From Candidatus Onthoplasma sp. (GTDB taxonomy: Bacteria; Bacillota; Clostridia; Christensenellales; UBA1242): a stretch of DNA of 64,000 bases. Positions 38,244-48,617 of this stretch are shown in pieces. The number at the start of each line of letters is the position of its first letter. The first letter of the stretch is position 1. The notes under the pieces are model-generated. The model saw only the letters and a program-made list of their open reading frames with translations, made no database searches and was not told the DNA's origin. The stretch spans positions 82,057 through 146,056 of the forward strand of contig JAZQYV010000012.1 in NCBI GenBank assembly GCA_045633705.1, in the 5' to 3' direction. The translations under genes and the position numbers were made by a program.

Positions 38244-40631
38244 CTAACTGTCTTCAGGTGTGATTTGCTTAATGCTATCAAATGCTTTTGTAATCATATG
38301 ATATACAGGATATGATGTTTCGATTACGATTATTGTAAATAACAATTCGGTTGTCGAAAGGCTTACATAAGTTAGCAAGTTTGGCATAAATATAATAATT
38401 GCTAAAGCAAAAGCACTCATTGATATCATCAAAATTGAACGCAACGCATTGAACGGTCGACAAAGATTGAATAATACAATTAACCCTGTACACGTAATAG
38501 CAATTGACGCCATTGTTGCCAATGTCATATTTGATATACCCATAAAATGTTGATAAATGTATATTGCTACCGCATTTAAAACCAATGTTAAACCGGCAGG
38601 CAATGCATTTTTTAGTAAGTTTGATATAAATTTGCCCTTAATAATATTATGGTTAGGTTGCAGTGCCAAGAAGAATGATGGCAATCCAATTACAAAATAT
38701 TCTAGTACCATAAATTGTACTGGGCTGAAAGGATAACTTTTTCCCCATATCAAAACCATGATTGATACTATAATAGTAAATAAGGTTTTCATTAAGAATA
38801 ATGATGAGGACTTTTGAATATTGTTAACAACCCGTCTACCTTCGGCCACCACGCTAGGCATCGAACTAAAGTTGCTATCAAGCAATACTAGATGGGATAC
38901 ACTGCGAGCAGCGTCACTGCCGGCTGCTATTGCTACCGAACAATCTGCTTCCTTTAGTGCTAAAATATCATTAACACCATCACCGGTCATCGCAACGGTT
39001 TTGCCTTTAGCCTTTAGTGCCTTCACTAGTGTTGCTTTTTGTTCAGGTGTAACACGGCCAAATATTGTATACTTATCAGCAATTTCAATAACTTCTTGCT
39101 TTGATAATCCGTGAAGGCTTATATAGTTATCGTAGTTGTCAATGCCAACTCTACGAGCAACTTCACTAACCGTTACAGGATTATCACCAGAAATAACACG
39201 AATATCTACAGAATTTTCTTTAAACCACTTAATTGTGTTTTGTGCATCTTTACGAATATTGTCCTCAAGCAATATAAAGGCTATAGGAGTTGTATTTTCA
39301 TTTGAAAAGGATTTGTCACATTCAACCAACATCAACACTCTAAATCCTTTAGATGCAAATTCTTCGGCTTGACGTTTAAGTGATGCTGTTGGGCTTTTTG
39401 TCACATATTCGTATGCGCCAATTTTAAAGCTGCCAACGCGGTTAAAACTACATCCCATAAACTTACGTTCTGATGAGAAAGGAATTGATTTATCTGCAAT
39501 AAGAGAGCCTTTTCCAAAGAATGATTTTAATGCGATAGCTGTGTGGTTTGCCTCATGGAAGGCACCAACAATTGATGAAATGATTTTATTAATATCTTTA
39601 TCTTGGTACTTGTTATTTGAAATGTTTACCATTTCTCTAACCTTCATTGAACCATCGGTCAACGTTCCCGTCTTGTCAAGGCATAGCACATTAACTCGTG
39701 CCAACATTTCGATACAATATAGTTCTTGAACTAGTGTACGTTTTTTTGCAAGGCGGACCACGCTTACTGCCAACGCTACAGACGTTAATAAGAACATTCC
39801 GGCAGGAATCATACCAATTACGCTACCGGCAGTTTTAGTAATAGTGTGGTATAAATTGCCATCATACACTTTATGGTTGTTGAAGAACATTAATGTTCCG
39901 AGTGGGATTATTATAATACCAATTAATCTAATGATAAATGTTAAAGATGATAAAAGTTCACTTTTGGGTTTAGAATATTTTTTGGCTTTGCTAGATAATT
40001 TTTCAATGTAGTTAGCACTACCAACTTTTTCAACCTGAGCTTTACAAGTTCCGCTGGATATAAAACTTCCAGCCATAAGGTGGTCGCCAACATTTTTGCG
40101 TATTGGTTGAGATTCGCCAGTTAACAAACTTTCGTTAACTTCTACAGTGCCATCAACCACAACGCTGTCCGAAGCTATTTGCATGCCTGAAGCCAAAATT
40201 AAAATATCGTCAATTACAACTTCTTTTTTATAAATTTCAATTGCTTCGCCTTCTCGCAACACTTTAGTAAAATTGGAGTTTGTTAGTGTTAATTTGTCAA
40301 TTGTTCTCTTGGCTTTAATTTCTTGAATTATGCTAATTAACGTGTTTGCTACCACTATTATCATAAAAATGGTATCGGACCAAGAGCCAACAAACCATAA
40401 GGCAACTGCACATGCCAAACATATTATATTAAAGAAGGTAAAAATATTGCTTATTAATATCTTGGTATAACTTTTAGATGTTTTGGTTTCAGAATTATTG
40501 GTCAACCCCATTAATGTGCGTTCATCAATTTGCTCTTGGTTTAGCCCAAGCTCAATATCAGTTACAAATTTTTTTGATTTTGTAACTGGAGATGAATTCT
40601 TTTTTGTTTTAGATTTGCTTAAATTTTTCAT
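38244..40631 (-). CDS. cation-transporting P-type ATPase (HAD-IC family)
   Basis: 795 aa; phosphorylation motif CLDKTGTLT, TGES, hinge TGDGVNDILALKEAD, and multiple TM helices. Confidence 0.92.
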   Translation of the reverse strand: MKNLSKSKTKKNSSPVTKSKKFVTDIELGLNQEQIDERTLMGLTNNSETKTSKSYTKILISNIFTFFNIICLACAVALWFVGSWSDTIFMIIVVANTLISIIQEIKAKRTIDKLTLTNSNFTKVLREGEAIEIYKKEVVIDDILILASGMQIASDSVVVDGTVEVNESLLTGESQPIRKNVGDHLMAGSFISSGTCKAQVEKVGSANYIEKLSSKAKKYSKPKSELLSSLTFIIRLIGIIIIPLGTLMFFNNHKVYDGNLYHTITKTAGSVIGMIPAGMFLLTSVALAVSVVRLAKKRTLVQELYCIEMLARVNVLCLDKTGTLTDGSMKVREMVNISNNKYQDKDINKIISSIVGAFHEANHTAIALKSFFGKGSLIADKSIPFSSERKFMGCSFNRVGSFKIGAYEYVTKSPTASLKRQAEEFASKGFRVLMLVECDKSFSNENTTPIAFILLEDNIRKDAQNTIKWFKENSVDIRVISGDNPVTVSEVARRVGIDNYDNYISLHGLSKQEVIEIADKYTIFGRVTPEQKATLVKALKAKGKTVAMTGDGVNDILALKEADCSVAIAAGSDAARSVSHLVLLDSNFSSMPSVVAEGRRVVNNIQKSSSLFLMKTLFTIIVSIMVLIWGKSYPFSPVQFMVLEYFVIGLPSFFLALQPNHNIIKGKFISNLLKNALPAGLTLVLNAVAIYIYQHFMGISNMTLATMASIAITCTGLIVLFNLCRPFNALRSILMISMSAFALAIIIFMPNLLTYVSLSTTELLFTIIVIETSYPVYHMITKAFDSIKQITPEDS

Positions 40632-40783
40632 AAAACCCCTTTCGTATATATCATTATAATATCATATTGCAATCAATAAAACAAATGCTTGTGTCAAAAT
40701 TTATAAAAAATTTAATGATTTCACATATTTACAATATTGTATGGACGCAATTTTATAATGTTTAATATAATAACTTTTAACGG

Positions 40784-40820
40784 GGAAAACAAACAGCCTT
40801 ATTATATCATGAGGCTGTTT
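40784..40820 (-). terminator. terminator after the PRC-barrel-like gene
   Basis: On the minus strand: AAACAGCC...GGCTGTTT followed by GTTTTCC. Confidence 0.6.
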
Positions 40821-40829
40821 GCTTTAAAA

Positions 40830-41537
40830 CTATTTTGGCTTGCTAAATTTTATTAGGTCGTTTAATTTATTTTTGCTAGTGGCCAAAGCTAAAATATGTT
40901 CAGTTATTGTCGAGTTTTGTTTTACAATTAAATTTTTATTATTGTCAAAGATGTCTTGCGCACATATTCGTCCAACCATAAAATTATTTTTAGCGTTATT
41001 TACTTGTGAGATTTTGTTAAATTGGGTAAACAATTTTGGTAAAATTTTTACTTTGGTTGTATTAATCGGCTTATTTTTAATTCTATATCTAAATGAGTTA
41101 ATGTTTACATGTTCGTCTGAATCATAAACTACGATAGATGTTTTGCTGCAAGATGCCAAATATTTAATATTAATTAATTGCTGACTATCTAAAATCAAGC
41201 TTTCTATTATATATTTTTCATTAATAACATAATCGGCAACTAGTCCAATATATTCGCCTTGCAATGAAAAGACCTTTACATCAATAGGTAAAATGCAATC
41301 ATTTATCTGGTTAAAGTTAAGTTCTAAATTTTGCTTGTTTTTAATTGTGATGGCATGTTTTCCGAAACTGTATATATTTTTAGGTTGAATGTAATAGGCA
41401 ATATCCTCACTATTAATAATTTCAAAAAATTTAATTTTGTTATTTTGTTTGCAAAAATATACTTTGCTAACATTTCCTAAAATTTCACCATCGTATAGGC
41501 TTAATATTGGTTTTTGTAATAATTCTTTTAAATACAT
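40830..41537 (-). CDS. PRC-barrel-like domain protein (two barrels, YlmC/YmxH-like N-terminus)
   Basis: 235 aa; LLQKPILSLYDGEILGNVSKVYF resembles PRC-barrel sporulation proteins. SD AAGGAG. The assignment is from memory of the family, not from a search. Confidence 0.55.
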   Translation of the reverse strand: MYLKELLQKPILSLYDGEILGNVSKVYFCKQNNKIKFFEIINSEDIAYYIQPKNIYSFGKHAITIKNKQNLELNFNQINDCILPIDVKVFSLQGEYIGLVADYVINEKYIIESLILDSQQLINIKYLASCSKTSIVVYDSDEHVNINSFRYRIKNKPINTTKVKILPKLFTQFNKISQVNNAKNNFMVGRICAQDIFDNNKNLIVKQNSTITEHILALATSKNKLNDLIKFSKPK

Positions 41538-41766
41538 AATTTACTCCTTACAATATTTGTATTGCAAATTTTAATCTGTATGCTGACGCAATTTGTGGAT
41601 TTATAATTTAAAATGTAAAAACTAATAATTTTATTTGCTTTTAGCAGATTAAATATTATATAATAATATTAATATTAGGCATAATATCATTAATATCATA
41701 AATTTAAAGAATTGTTGCACATACTTGAGATATATTAATGAGTTGTGTTGGTTTGTAAGGGGTAAT

Positions 41767-44700
41767 ATGAAAAAGAGATTCTTGTTCGTATTTATATTAT
41801 TAAGCGCGCTAATGTTTATAGGCTGTGGTGATGACAACAAGATGAAAGGAACGCTGTCAGCGCCACAGGAAATTACTATAAGGTCAGACAATGGCAAAAG
41901 TCTGATTATTTTTGATGAGGTTAAAAACGCTGAATACTATAACATATATATAAATGATGTTGCACGCACTGTAAAATCAAATGGTAGTGGAACTGTTCAG
42001 TTTGATGCATCTAAAATTATAAATTTGCCACAAACTTATACTATCAAAGTTAAAGCTGGCGCAGACAAGTATTTTGAAAGTGAATTTTCTAGCGAACACA
42101 TTTACACTCATAAAGAAACATTAGTGGCCCCAATAATAAGTATAGATGGTAAAATTTTAAATTGGAACAAAATTGAAAATGCGGACTTTTATGACGTGTT
42201 GGTTACAAATCCTGACACACTAATTCAATCTAGTTATAGATTTTCAACCAATAGATTTGATTTTTCAAATATTTTATCGGATAAGGGTATATATAGCTTT
42301 AAAGTTAAAGCCGTAAGTCCAAGTGTTGAATATGGCGATAGTATATATTCAAATCAACTTACATACACACATAATATAACACTGTTAACTCCATATAAAT
42401 TGCAAGCAAATTACGACATTCAAAATGATGAGCAATTGTTAACATTTGTATCTAGCGAAAAGGTTGAAAGTTTTGTGGTTAAGATTGATGGCACTGAGCA
42501 CGTATTAACAGGTGCTCAACTAAATTCATATTTAGTAGAGAATGATTTGGGAAACACTTATGTGTTTAAATTGTCGTCGTTTGTAAGAAACAAAAATATA
42601 CCAATAAACAATTCACGTTTACTCAATGTTAGTATCAAAGCAGACAATAACAATCAACGATATATATATGATTCGGATTTTTCAGACAATATTACTTGCC
42701 AGTTCTATAGTGTTTTACAAGCTCCAGAAGTAAATATTACAAAAAGCGGGGATAACTGCACCATTAATATAACCCCTAAAGGAGATTCAACATACCTAAG
42801 CGGTTTTGCAATATACTTAAATCAATTAAAGTACAAAACTATATCGTCTAATGTAAAAACGATAGAGATTCCTTGTGATGCTGTTGGCAGTGCGGGTATC
42901 AGAGTTCAGGCAGTTAGCAATAACAATAACTGCTACCCATCGATACTAACAGACGCTAAATATCTCGAAACTAACACTCAAACATTGCAAAAACCTACAG
43001 TTGAGTATTCTAATTGGCAAATAAATTGGAATTCTGTAGAAAACGCACAGTTATACTATGTTGAGATTTTTAATAAAATATTTAAATATTCAATAACAAC
43101 CAATCAAACAAGTTTAAGTTTGGTTAATGTGTGTGGCTACGGCAAATACAATGTAAAGGTTATTGCCATGGCTGACGGATATAAGCAAAATGAAGGAACA
43201 TTATCCATCGAATGCGTAAAGCAATTACAAAAAGTTACAGATGTTAACATAGCTAGAGTTGGAGATAAAACATATCTAGAGTTTATTGGAGATGAAAATG
43301 CTTATGGCTATGTAATGTATTTAAATGGAGTAATGAAAGACAAACTTTTTGTAACCAACATTATTGATATTAGTGGATATATAAGTGAACTAAAAACTTA
43401 CAATATAACCATTCAGGCAGTAGGTGTTGGGATTGATTCAATTAAAAATGGAGAAAAATCCGACCAACATACATTGCAAAATATCAAAACGCTTGCATCA
43501 CCAATACTAACAATTACTTCAGAGGGCGACAAATATTACTTAAATATTGATGTTGATGAAAATGAAGCGAGCATATCTTCCGGATATGAAGTGTGGATTA
43601 ATTACACATCAGCATTTGTAGAAACTGAACTTAAAGATTCGGTTAAGGACATAACATCGTATTTTGCTAATGCTGGGGAATATCATTTTATGATTCAAGC
43701 AAACGCAGATGAATCTAACACAAACATTAAAGATTCGGTATTATCAAGTGTAACATATAAAATCACAAAACAATTAGATTTGGTTAGCAATATACTAGTT
43801 CAAAAATCTAACGAAGATAAATATATTTTAACATTTACAGAACAAACATTGGCTGCCAAATACCTTGTAACAATACGAAAAGCCGAAGATAATACATTTA
43901 AAAAACAATTTGAATTAACTACTGGATATGCAGATATCAGTCAGTATATAACTGAAAACGGAGTATATCGTGTGTATGTTAAGGCAATAGCACTAACAGG
44001 TGGAGCATACACCGACTCGCCAGATAGCGGAAATCCATATCGAATTGTAAAAGGCGAAACATTGCCTGTGGCACAAAACATTACATTTGACAAAACAGCA
44101 GATGGCGAAATATTAGTGAAATGGGCAAAGGTTGAAAATGCTGTGGGCTATCAGATTTACGTGTACTATAATCAAGATGGCATCAACCTATTAAAACAAT
44201 CAGTATATGTTGCACAAAATGACCAACCAAATATAAACATCGGCTCGGGACAATACAAATGCGTTGGTAAAGAAGGTGTGTACAGTGTGCAAATCAAGGC
44301 TTTGGGGGATAATGTTGCATATGAAAATAGCCAACTTGCAGGTTCGGCATACAGCTATGTAATGGAAAATGTTGTAGATTTTGAAAGACATCAAGTGTTT
44401 ATGTATGGAAAAGAATACGCATATAAGGTTACAAAACTAGAAGATTTAAAAAACTTATTGTGGTATCACTACTTGTACAACAAAGATGTTTGGAATTATA
44501 ACAATTCTCTAGAATATAACCTAAAAATATATTTTGATGATACAGAATATATTTTAGGCAAGGACCAAGATAATAATGATATTTATGTAGACCCTATATA
44601 TGAATTAGCAAGAGAAATTTCAGATGATTTTGCAACAAGTGTGTCAGCTTATACCAACAATGCTGACAAGATGAGTGCAATTGCACTAGAGGTGTTGCGT

Positions 44701-45954
44701 AGATATCCTGAAATTGCAGTATATTCATATCAAAAGATTGATGCTACCGGGGCGCAATACTGGTGCTTTAACGAGCAAGATAACATCTATTTGTTCAGAT
44801 ATCAAAACGAATTAAACGACAATAAGCTTGACAAGGTAGAGCCTAGTGTACAAGTGTTTAAGGAAAAGATTGAAACTGTTAGCGCATTTGACAAGCGTGA
44901 TGTGGCTTATACATTTGCGATTGATTTAAGAGAAGGTGTTGATGTAACCACAACCGAACAATTGTTTATGGCATTACAATATAACAAAAAACCTAACTTT
45001 GTTGGTGATAGTGCGGTGGCGGAAGCAGTATATCAAAATGCAAGATTTGTATTGCGTGAAATATGTTCTGATGATATGTCCGATTATGAAAAGGTGTTGC
45101 AAATATACAACTTTTTGTCAAAGAGCATTGTATACAATCATAATGTAAGTTTAGGCCAAGCTGCAACAATTGTTGAGGTGAACAACGGCACAACCATGCG
45201 TGGAAACATTTCAGATTTCTATTTGGAAGGCGTATTATATAACTTTGCAACTGGAAGCGATGGGAGATTTAGCAAGATTGAAGATTTTGCGGGTCAAACA
45301 GCAGTATGTGACGGACTTTCAAAAGCATTTGTTGTATTATGTAGCATTGAAGGTATTGATAGTATCAAAGTAAAAAATTCATCGCATGCTTGGAACAAGG
45401 TGTATATTGATGTAGATGGCGAAGACGGGCTTGAATACACTAAGGCTTGGTATGCTATTGATATTACTGCCGGAATTCAAAACAACAGCTTTAAATTTAA
45501 TGGCGCAACATATCAAGTTGGGTTACATAACTTATTTTTGGTAAAAGATACTTTGGCACAAACCGCAAGTTATTTGCATAAGAGATTGGGTGACACTACA
45601 AGCTATATGGCAGAAACTGAATTTAACTATTATCAAAATACAATTTGCGAGGCAAGTTTTGGCAACTTTTCGATTAACCGAAATCTTGTTGTAAATGATG
45701 AAGAGGATATTATTAATCTCTTAGCATACGGAATGCTAAAGGCAAACAAAAAATATCGTGCAATTGTAACAATTAACACAAAAGGTGAAGAAGATATAAA
45801 TAGATTGATAAGTAACTTTAGTGGGACTTATGGATATACCAATACAGCAAAACAAATGCTAAAAGGCCAATACAATTGTCAAGTTTCAGCAACATTATCT
45901 TCAAATGGAAGGTATATTATAATTGCTCTTCAAGGCACTAGTTATGTTAATTAG
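41767..45954 (+). CDS. large lipoprotein: ~10 Fn3-like repeats plus a C-terminal transglutaminase-like (Cys-His-Asp) core
   Basis: Start ATG 41767 (SD AAGGGG). Signal peptide with lipobox MKKRFLFVFILLSALMFIGC. Repeated ...W..VENA..Y.V... modules. C-terminal GQTAVCDG (Cys codon 45306-45308), SSHAWNKVYI (His codon 45385-45387) and WYAIDIT (Asp codon 45460-45462). Confidence 0.8.
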   Translation: MKKRFLFVFILLSALMFIGCGDDNKMKGTLSAPQEITIRSDNGKSLIIFDEVKNAEYYNIYINDVARTVKSNGSGTVQFDASKIINLPQTYTIKVKAGADKYFESEFSSEHIYTHKETLVAPIISIDGKILNWNKIENADFYDVLVTNPDTLIQSSYRFSTNRFDFSNILSDKGIYSFKVKAVSPSVEYGDSIYSNQLTYTHNITLLTPYKLQANYDIQNDEQLLTFVSSEKVESFVVKIDGTEHVLTGAQLNSYLVENDLGNTYVFKLSSFVRNKNIPINNSRLLNVSIKADNNNQRYIYDSDFSDNITCQFYSVLQAPEVNITKSGDNCTINITPKGDSTYLSGFAIYLNQLKYKTISSNVKTIEIPCDAVGSAGIRVQAVSNNNNCYPSILTDAKYLETNTQTLQKPTVEYSNWQINWNSVENAQLYYVEIFNKIFKYSITTNQTSLSLVNVCGYGKYNVKVIAMADGYKQNEGTLSIECVKQLQKVTDVNIARVGDKTYLEFIGDENAYGYVMYLNGVMKDKLFVTNIIDISGYISELKTYNITIQAVGVGIDSIKNGEKSDQHTLQNIKTLASPILTITSEGDKYYLNIDVDENEASISSGYEVWINYTSAFVETELKDSVKDITSYFANAGEYHFMIQANADESNTNIKDSVLSSVTYKITKQLDLVSNILVQKSNEDKYILTFTEQTLAAKYLVTIRKAEDNTFKKQFELTTGYADISQYITENGVYRVYVKAIALTGGAYTDSPDSGNPYRIVKGETLPVAQNITFDKTADGEILVKWAKVENAVGYQIYVYYNQDGINLLKQSVYVAQNDQPNINIGSGQYKCVGKEGVYSVQIKALGDNVAYENSQLAGSAYSYVMENVVDFERHQVFMYGKEYAYKVTKLEDLKNLLWYHYLYNKDVWNYNNSLEYNLKIYFDDTEYILGKDQDNNDIYVDPIYELAREISDDFATSVSAYTNNADKMSAIALEVLRRYPEIAVYSYQKIDATGAQYWCFNEQDNIYLFRYQNELNDNKLDKVEPSVQVFKEKIETVSAFDKRDVAYTFAIDLREGVDVTTTEQLFMALQYNKKPNFVGDSAVAEAVYQNARFVLREICSDDMSDYEKVLQIYNFLSKSIVYNHNVSLGQAATIVEVNNGTTMRGNISDFYLEGVLYNFATGSDGRFSKIEDFAGQTAVCDGLSKAFVVLCSIEGIDSIKVKNSSHAWNKVYIDVDGEDGLEYTKAWYAIDITAGIQNNSFKFNGATYQVGLHNLFLVKDTLAQTASYLHKRLGDTTSYMAETEFNYYQNTICEASFGNFSINRNLVVNDEEDIINLLAYGMLKANKKYRAIVTINTKGEEDINRLISNFSGTYGYTNTAKQMLKGQYNCQVSATLSSNGRYIIIALQGTSYVN

Positions 45955-45990
45955 TGAATAAATTAAAGTTATAAACAAATACTAACACCA

Positions 45991-47430
45991 ATGAAGAGTG
46001 CTAGTAAAATACTTAATATTGTACAAAAATCACTGCACTTCAGTACCGATATAAAGGTAAGAGAAGTGCAGTTTTTTGACACGCAATTATTTATTGTGTA
46101 TATTGCTCCGCTTACGGATAATAATTTGCTTAATGAAAGCGTTATTAAACCACTTGTAGAATTTGACCAAGAGTTAGAGGGTGGAGTCTGCACATTTATT
46201 CAAGAGCAAGTGCTGGCAAACAATGAGGTTAAGGAACAAAATGATATAAATCAATTTATAACCGAACTTTTGCAAGGACGAGCGGGAATTATTATAGATA
46301 AATCGGGCAAAATGCTTACTTGCGATGTTGAAAAAATTGTAGTGCGCCCAATACAAGAACCTCCAAACTCGGCAGTAATCAAAGGGCCACGTGAAGGGTT
46401 TAATGAAAGCTTGAAATACAACTTATCTTTAATCAGGCACAAACTTCCAACGCCAGATTTGGTGATTGATAGTTTTTCGGTGGGCAAATATACCAAGACG
46501 CAAATTGCGGTAGTGTATTTGCAAGATGTTGCTGATAAAAATGTGATTAAAGAAGTTGAACGTCGTATATCAAAAATCAATATTGACGGCGTGGTTGATA
46601 GTTATTATATTTCAGCATATTTGCAAAGCAAACCAAACTCAATATTTAAGCAAGTGGGCGATACAGAAAAGCCGGATATTTTGGTTGCAAAAATGTTGGA
46701 AGGTCGCATTGGAATTATTGTTGATGGTTCGCCAATAGTATTAACGTTACCATTTATATTAATTGAAGATTTGCAAAGTAGTGACGACTATTATTCGCAA
46801 CCACTCAAAGTTGCTTTTTTGCGTATACTACGACTTATTGGTGTTATACTGGCAGTGTTATTGCCTGGAACTTACGTGGCAATACAGTTATATCATTATA
46901 AAATATTGCCGACTGAGTTTTTAATAACCATCATGGACACAACCCAGGGCATACCATTTACACCTTTTACCGAAGTGCTGTTTATTGTACTGCTGTTTGA
47001 AATTTTGTACGAAGCCAATTTGCATATGCCGCAATATATGGGTATGGCTTTAAGTATTGTGGGTGCACTAATCTTGGGTGAAACTGCAGTTAATGCAGGG
47101 CTTGTGAGCCCACCAGCGGTTATGATTGTAGCACTTAGTGGACTAACATTTTATATTGTGCCAAACCAGGCCTCACAATTTTCAATGCTACGAATATTGT
47201 ATATTTTTGTTGGTGCAACGTTAGGATTGTTTGGAATATTGGCATTTAGTGTATGGGTGGTATCATATTTAAGCAGTTTCGACACATATGAGTCAGCATA
47301 TCTTGCACCGTGTACGCCATATATCAAAAGCGATATGAAAGACTTTTTGATAAAATCTCCAATAACTCAAATGAAAACAAGGCCACAAAGCATAGCAAAT
47401 AATAAGAATAATAGGACACGACAAAAATGA
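45991..47430 (+). CDS. spore germination protein, GerA-family A subunit
   Basis: 479 aa; typical GerAA/GerKA sequence (IKGPREGFNESLKYNLSLIRHKL) plus a C-terminal TM cluster. Confidence 0.9.
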   Translation: MKSASKILNIVQKSLHFSTDIKVREVQFFDTQLFIVYIAPLTDNNLLNESVIKPLVEFDQELEGGVCTFIQEQVLANNEVKEQNDINQFITELLQGRAGIIIDKSGKMLTCDVEKIVVRPIQEPPNSAVIKGPREGFNESLKYNLSLIRHKLPTPDLVIDSFSVGKYTKTQIAVVYLQDVADKNVIKEVERRISKINIDGVVDSYYISAYLQSKPNSIFKQVGDTEKPDILVAKMLEGRIGIIVDGSPIVLTLPFILIEDLQSSDDYYSQPLKVAFLRILRLIGVILAVLLPGTYVAIQLYHYKILPTEFLITIMDTTQGIPFTPFTEVLFIVLLFEILYEANLHMPQYMGMALSIVGALILGETAVNAGLVSPPAVMIVALSGLTFYIVPNQASQFSMLRILYIFVGATLGLFGILAFSVWVVSYLSSFDTYESAYLAPCTPYIKSDMKDFLIKSPITQMKTRPQSIANNKNNRTRQK

Positions 47431-48617
47431 AGATGACATATAGACAAACCACAATAATAATATTTTATATGCTAGTAGCATTTAAAGTTTTGTCACTGCC
47501 AAGCTTGATGTATCAAACTTGCAAAAATGATGGATATTTGGCGGTATTGATTATGATGCTGGTTGATGCGGTACTACTTTGGGCATCATTAAAGATTTTA
47601 AAACAAGCTAAGGACAAGAATATTTATGATTTTATTAAGGAAAAGACCGGAAGTATTATAGCCAAAATATTTGTAATAGCATTAACTTTGGTTCCGTTAA
47701 TACATTTAGCAATTAAAACAAAGGGCTTAGAGTGGTTTTTGGTCAAAAACTTGTATACTAAGTTTGAGTGGTTTCAGTTTGCTATACCGATTGCCCTAGT
47801 TACTTGCTATATGATATATAAAGGTGTTAGAAATATTGGTAGGGTTTCCGAGTTTTTTGTATGGATAATTATATTTGGAGTGATAGTTATTGTAATTAAA
47901 GGGCTTGCGTCGGTGGATTGGACATTTTTTTTGCCAGTACTTAGCAAGGGCTTAAAGCCAGTATTTAAAGCAATTTATGATTATCTTGCATGGTTTGGTA
48001 TAGGGGGAGAGTTGTTGTTATTTTCCGGCTGTATAGACTTTAAAACCGAAAAGAAATACAGGGTGTTTTTGTACTCTGGTATAGCAATAATATTAGTTCA
48101 AATGGTGCTTTGGAGTTTTTATGGTGCATACGGCATTATGGTATCAACACACAATTTTGCAATATCTGACATCAGCCAAATATCTAATGCCAATATGGCA
48201 TTGGACGAATTATCGTGGTTAATTGTTACCGTTTGGGCAATAGCACAAATATTGCATGTTGCCATATATGGCTATTTGTTTTGCCGAGGATTACAACTGA
48301 TATTTAATATAAAAAATGACACATTTGCAACATTTATATTATTTATTTTGATTGTGGTTTGGATTTTTTGGGGAGAACATACGGTTGCTCTTGAAAAATT
48401 ATTCTTGCATCAATCGATTGTTTGGATTGTAATTGTAGGGCAATATATAGTACCGATTATCGTGTTTGCCTTAAGCTTTATTAAAAATAAAAGGAAAGAT
48501 AAAGCGGATTTAAACAAAACAAGAACCGAAGACAGCAAACAAATTAGGCACAATAAATCCACTAATAAATCAATCAGCAAATCAAAGGCTAAAGGAGGAA
48601 AGTATGCAAAAGTTTAA
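47427..48617 (+). CDS. spore germination protein, GerA-family B subunit (APC-type permease)
   Basis: 396 aa with ~10 TM segments. ATGA overlap with the A subunit. Lys-rich C-terminal tail. Confidence 0.85.
   Translation: MKMTYRQTTIIIFYMLVAFKVLSLPSLMYQTCKNDGYLAVLIMMLVDAVLLWASLKILKQAKDKNIYDFIKEKTGSIIAKIFVIALTLVPLIHLAIKTKGLEWFLVKNLYTKFEWFQFAIPIALVTCYMIYKGVRNIGRVSEFFVWIIIFGVIVIVIKGLASVDWTFFLPVLSKGLKPVFKAIYDYLAWFGIGGELLLFSGCIDFKTEKKYRVFLYSGIAIILVQMVLWSFYGAYGIMVSTHNFAISDISQISNANMALDELSWLIVTVWAIAQILHVAIYGYLFCRGLQLIFNIKNDTFATFILFILIVVWIFWGEHTVALEKLFLHQSIVWIVIVGQYIVPIIVFALSFIKNKRKDKADLNKTRTEDSKQIRHNKSTNKSISKSKAKGGKYAKV

Noticed and set aside
45956-45984. Forespore sigma-F/G-like promoter (GAATA-17 bp-AATACTA) in front of the gerA-family operon
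   Set aside because: The -10 would end only 6 nt before the ATG and the match is imperfect. Co-transcription with the upstream lipoprotein gene is at least as likely. I keep it only as a possibility.
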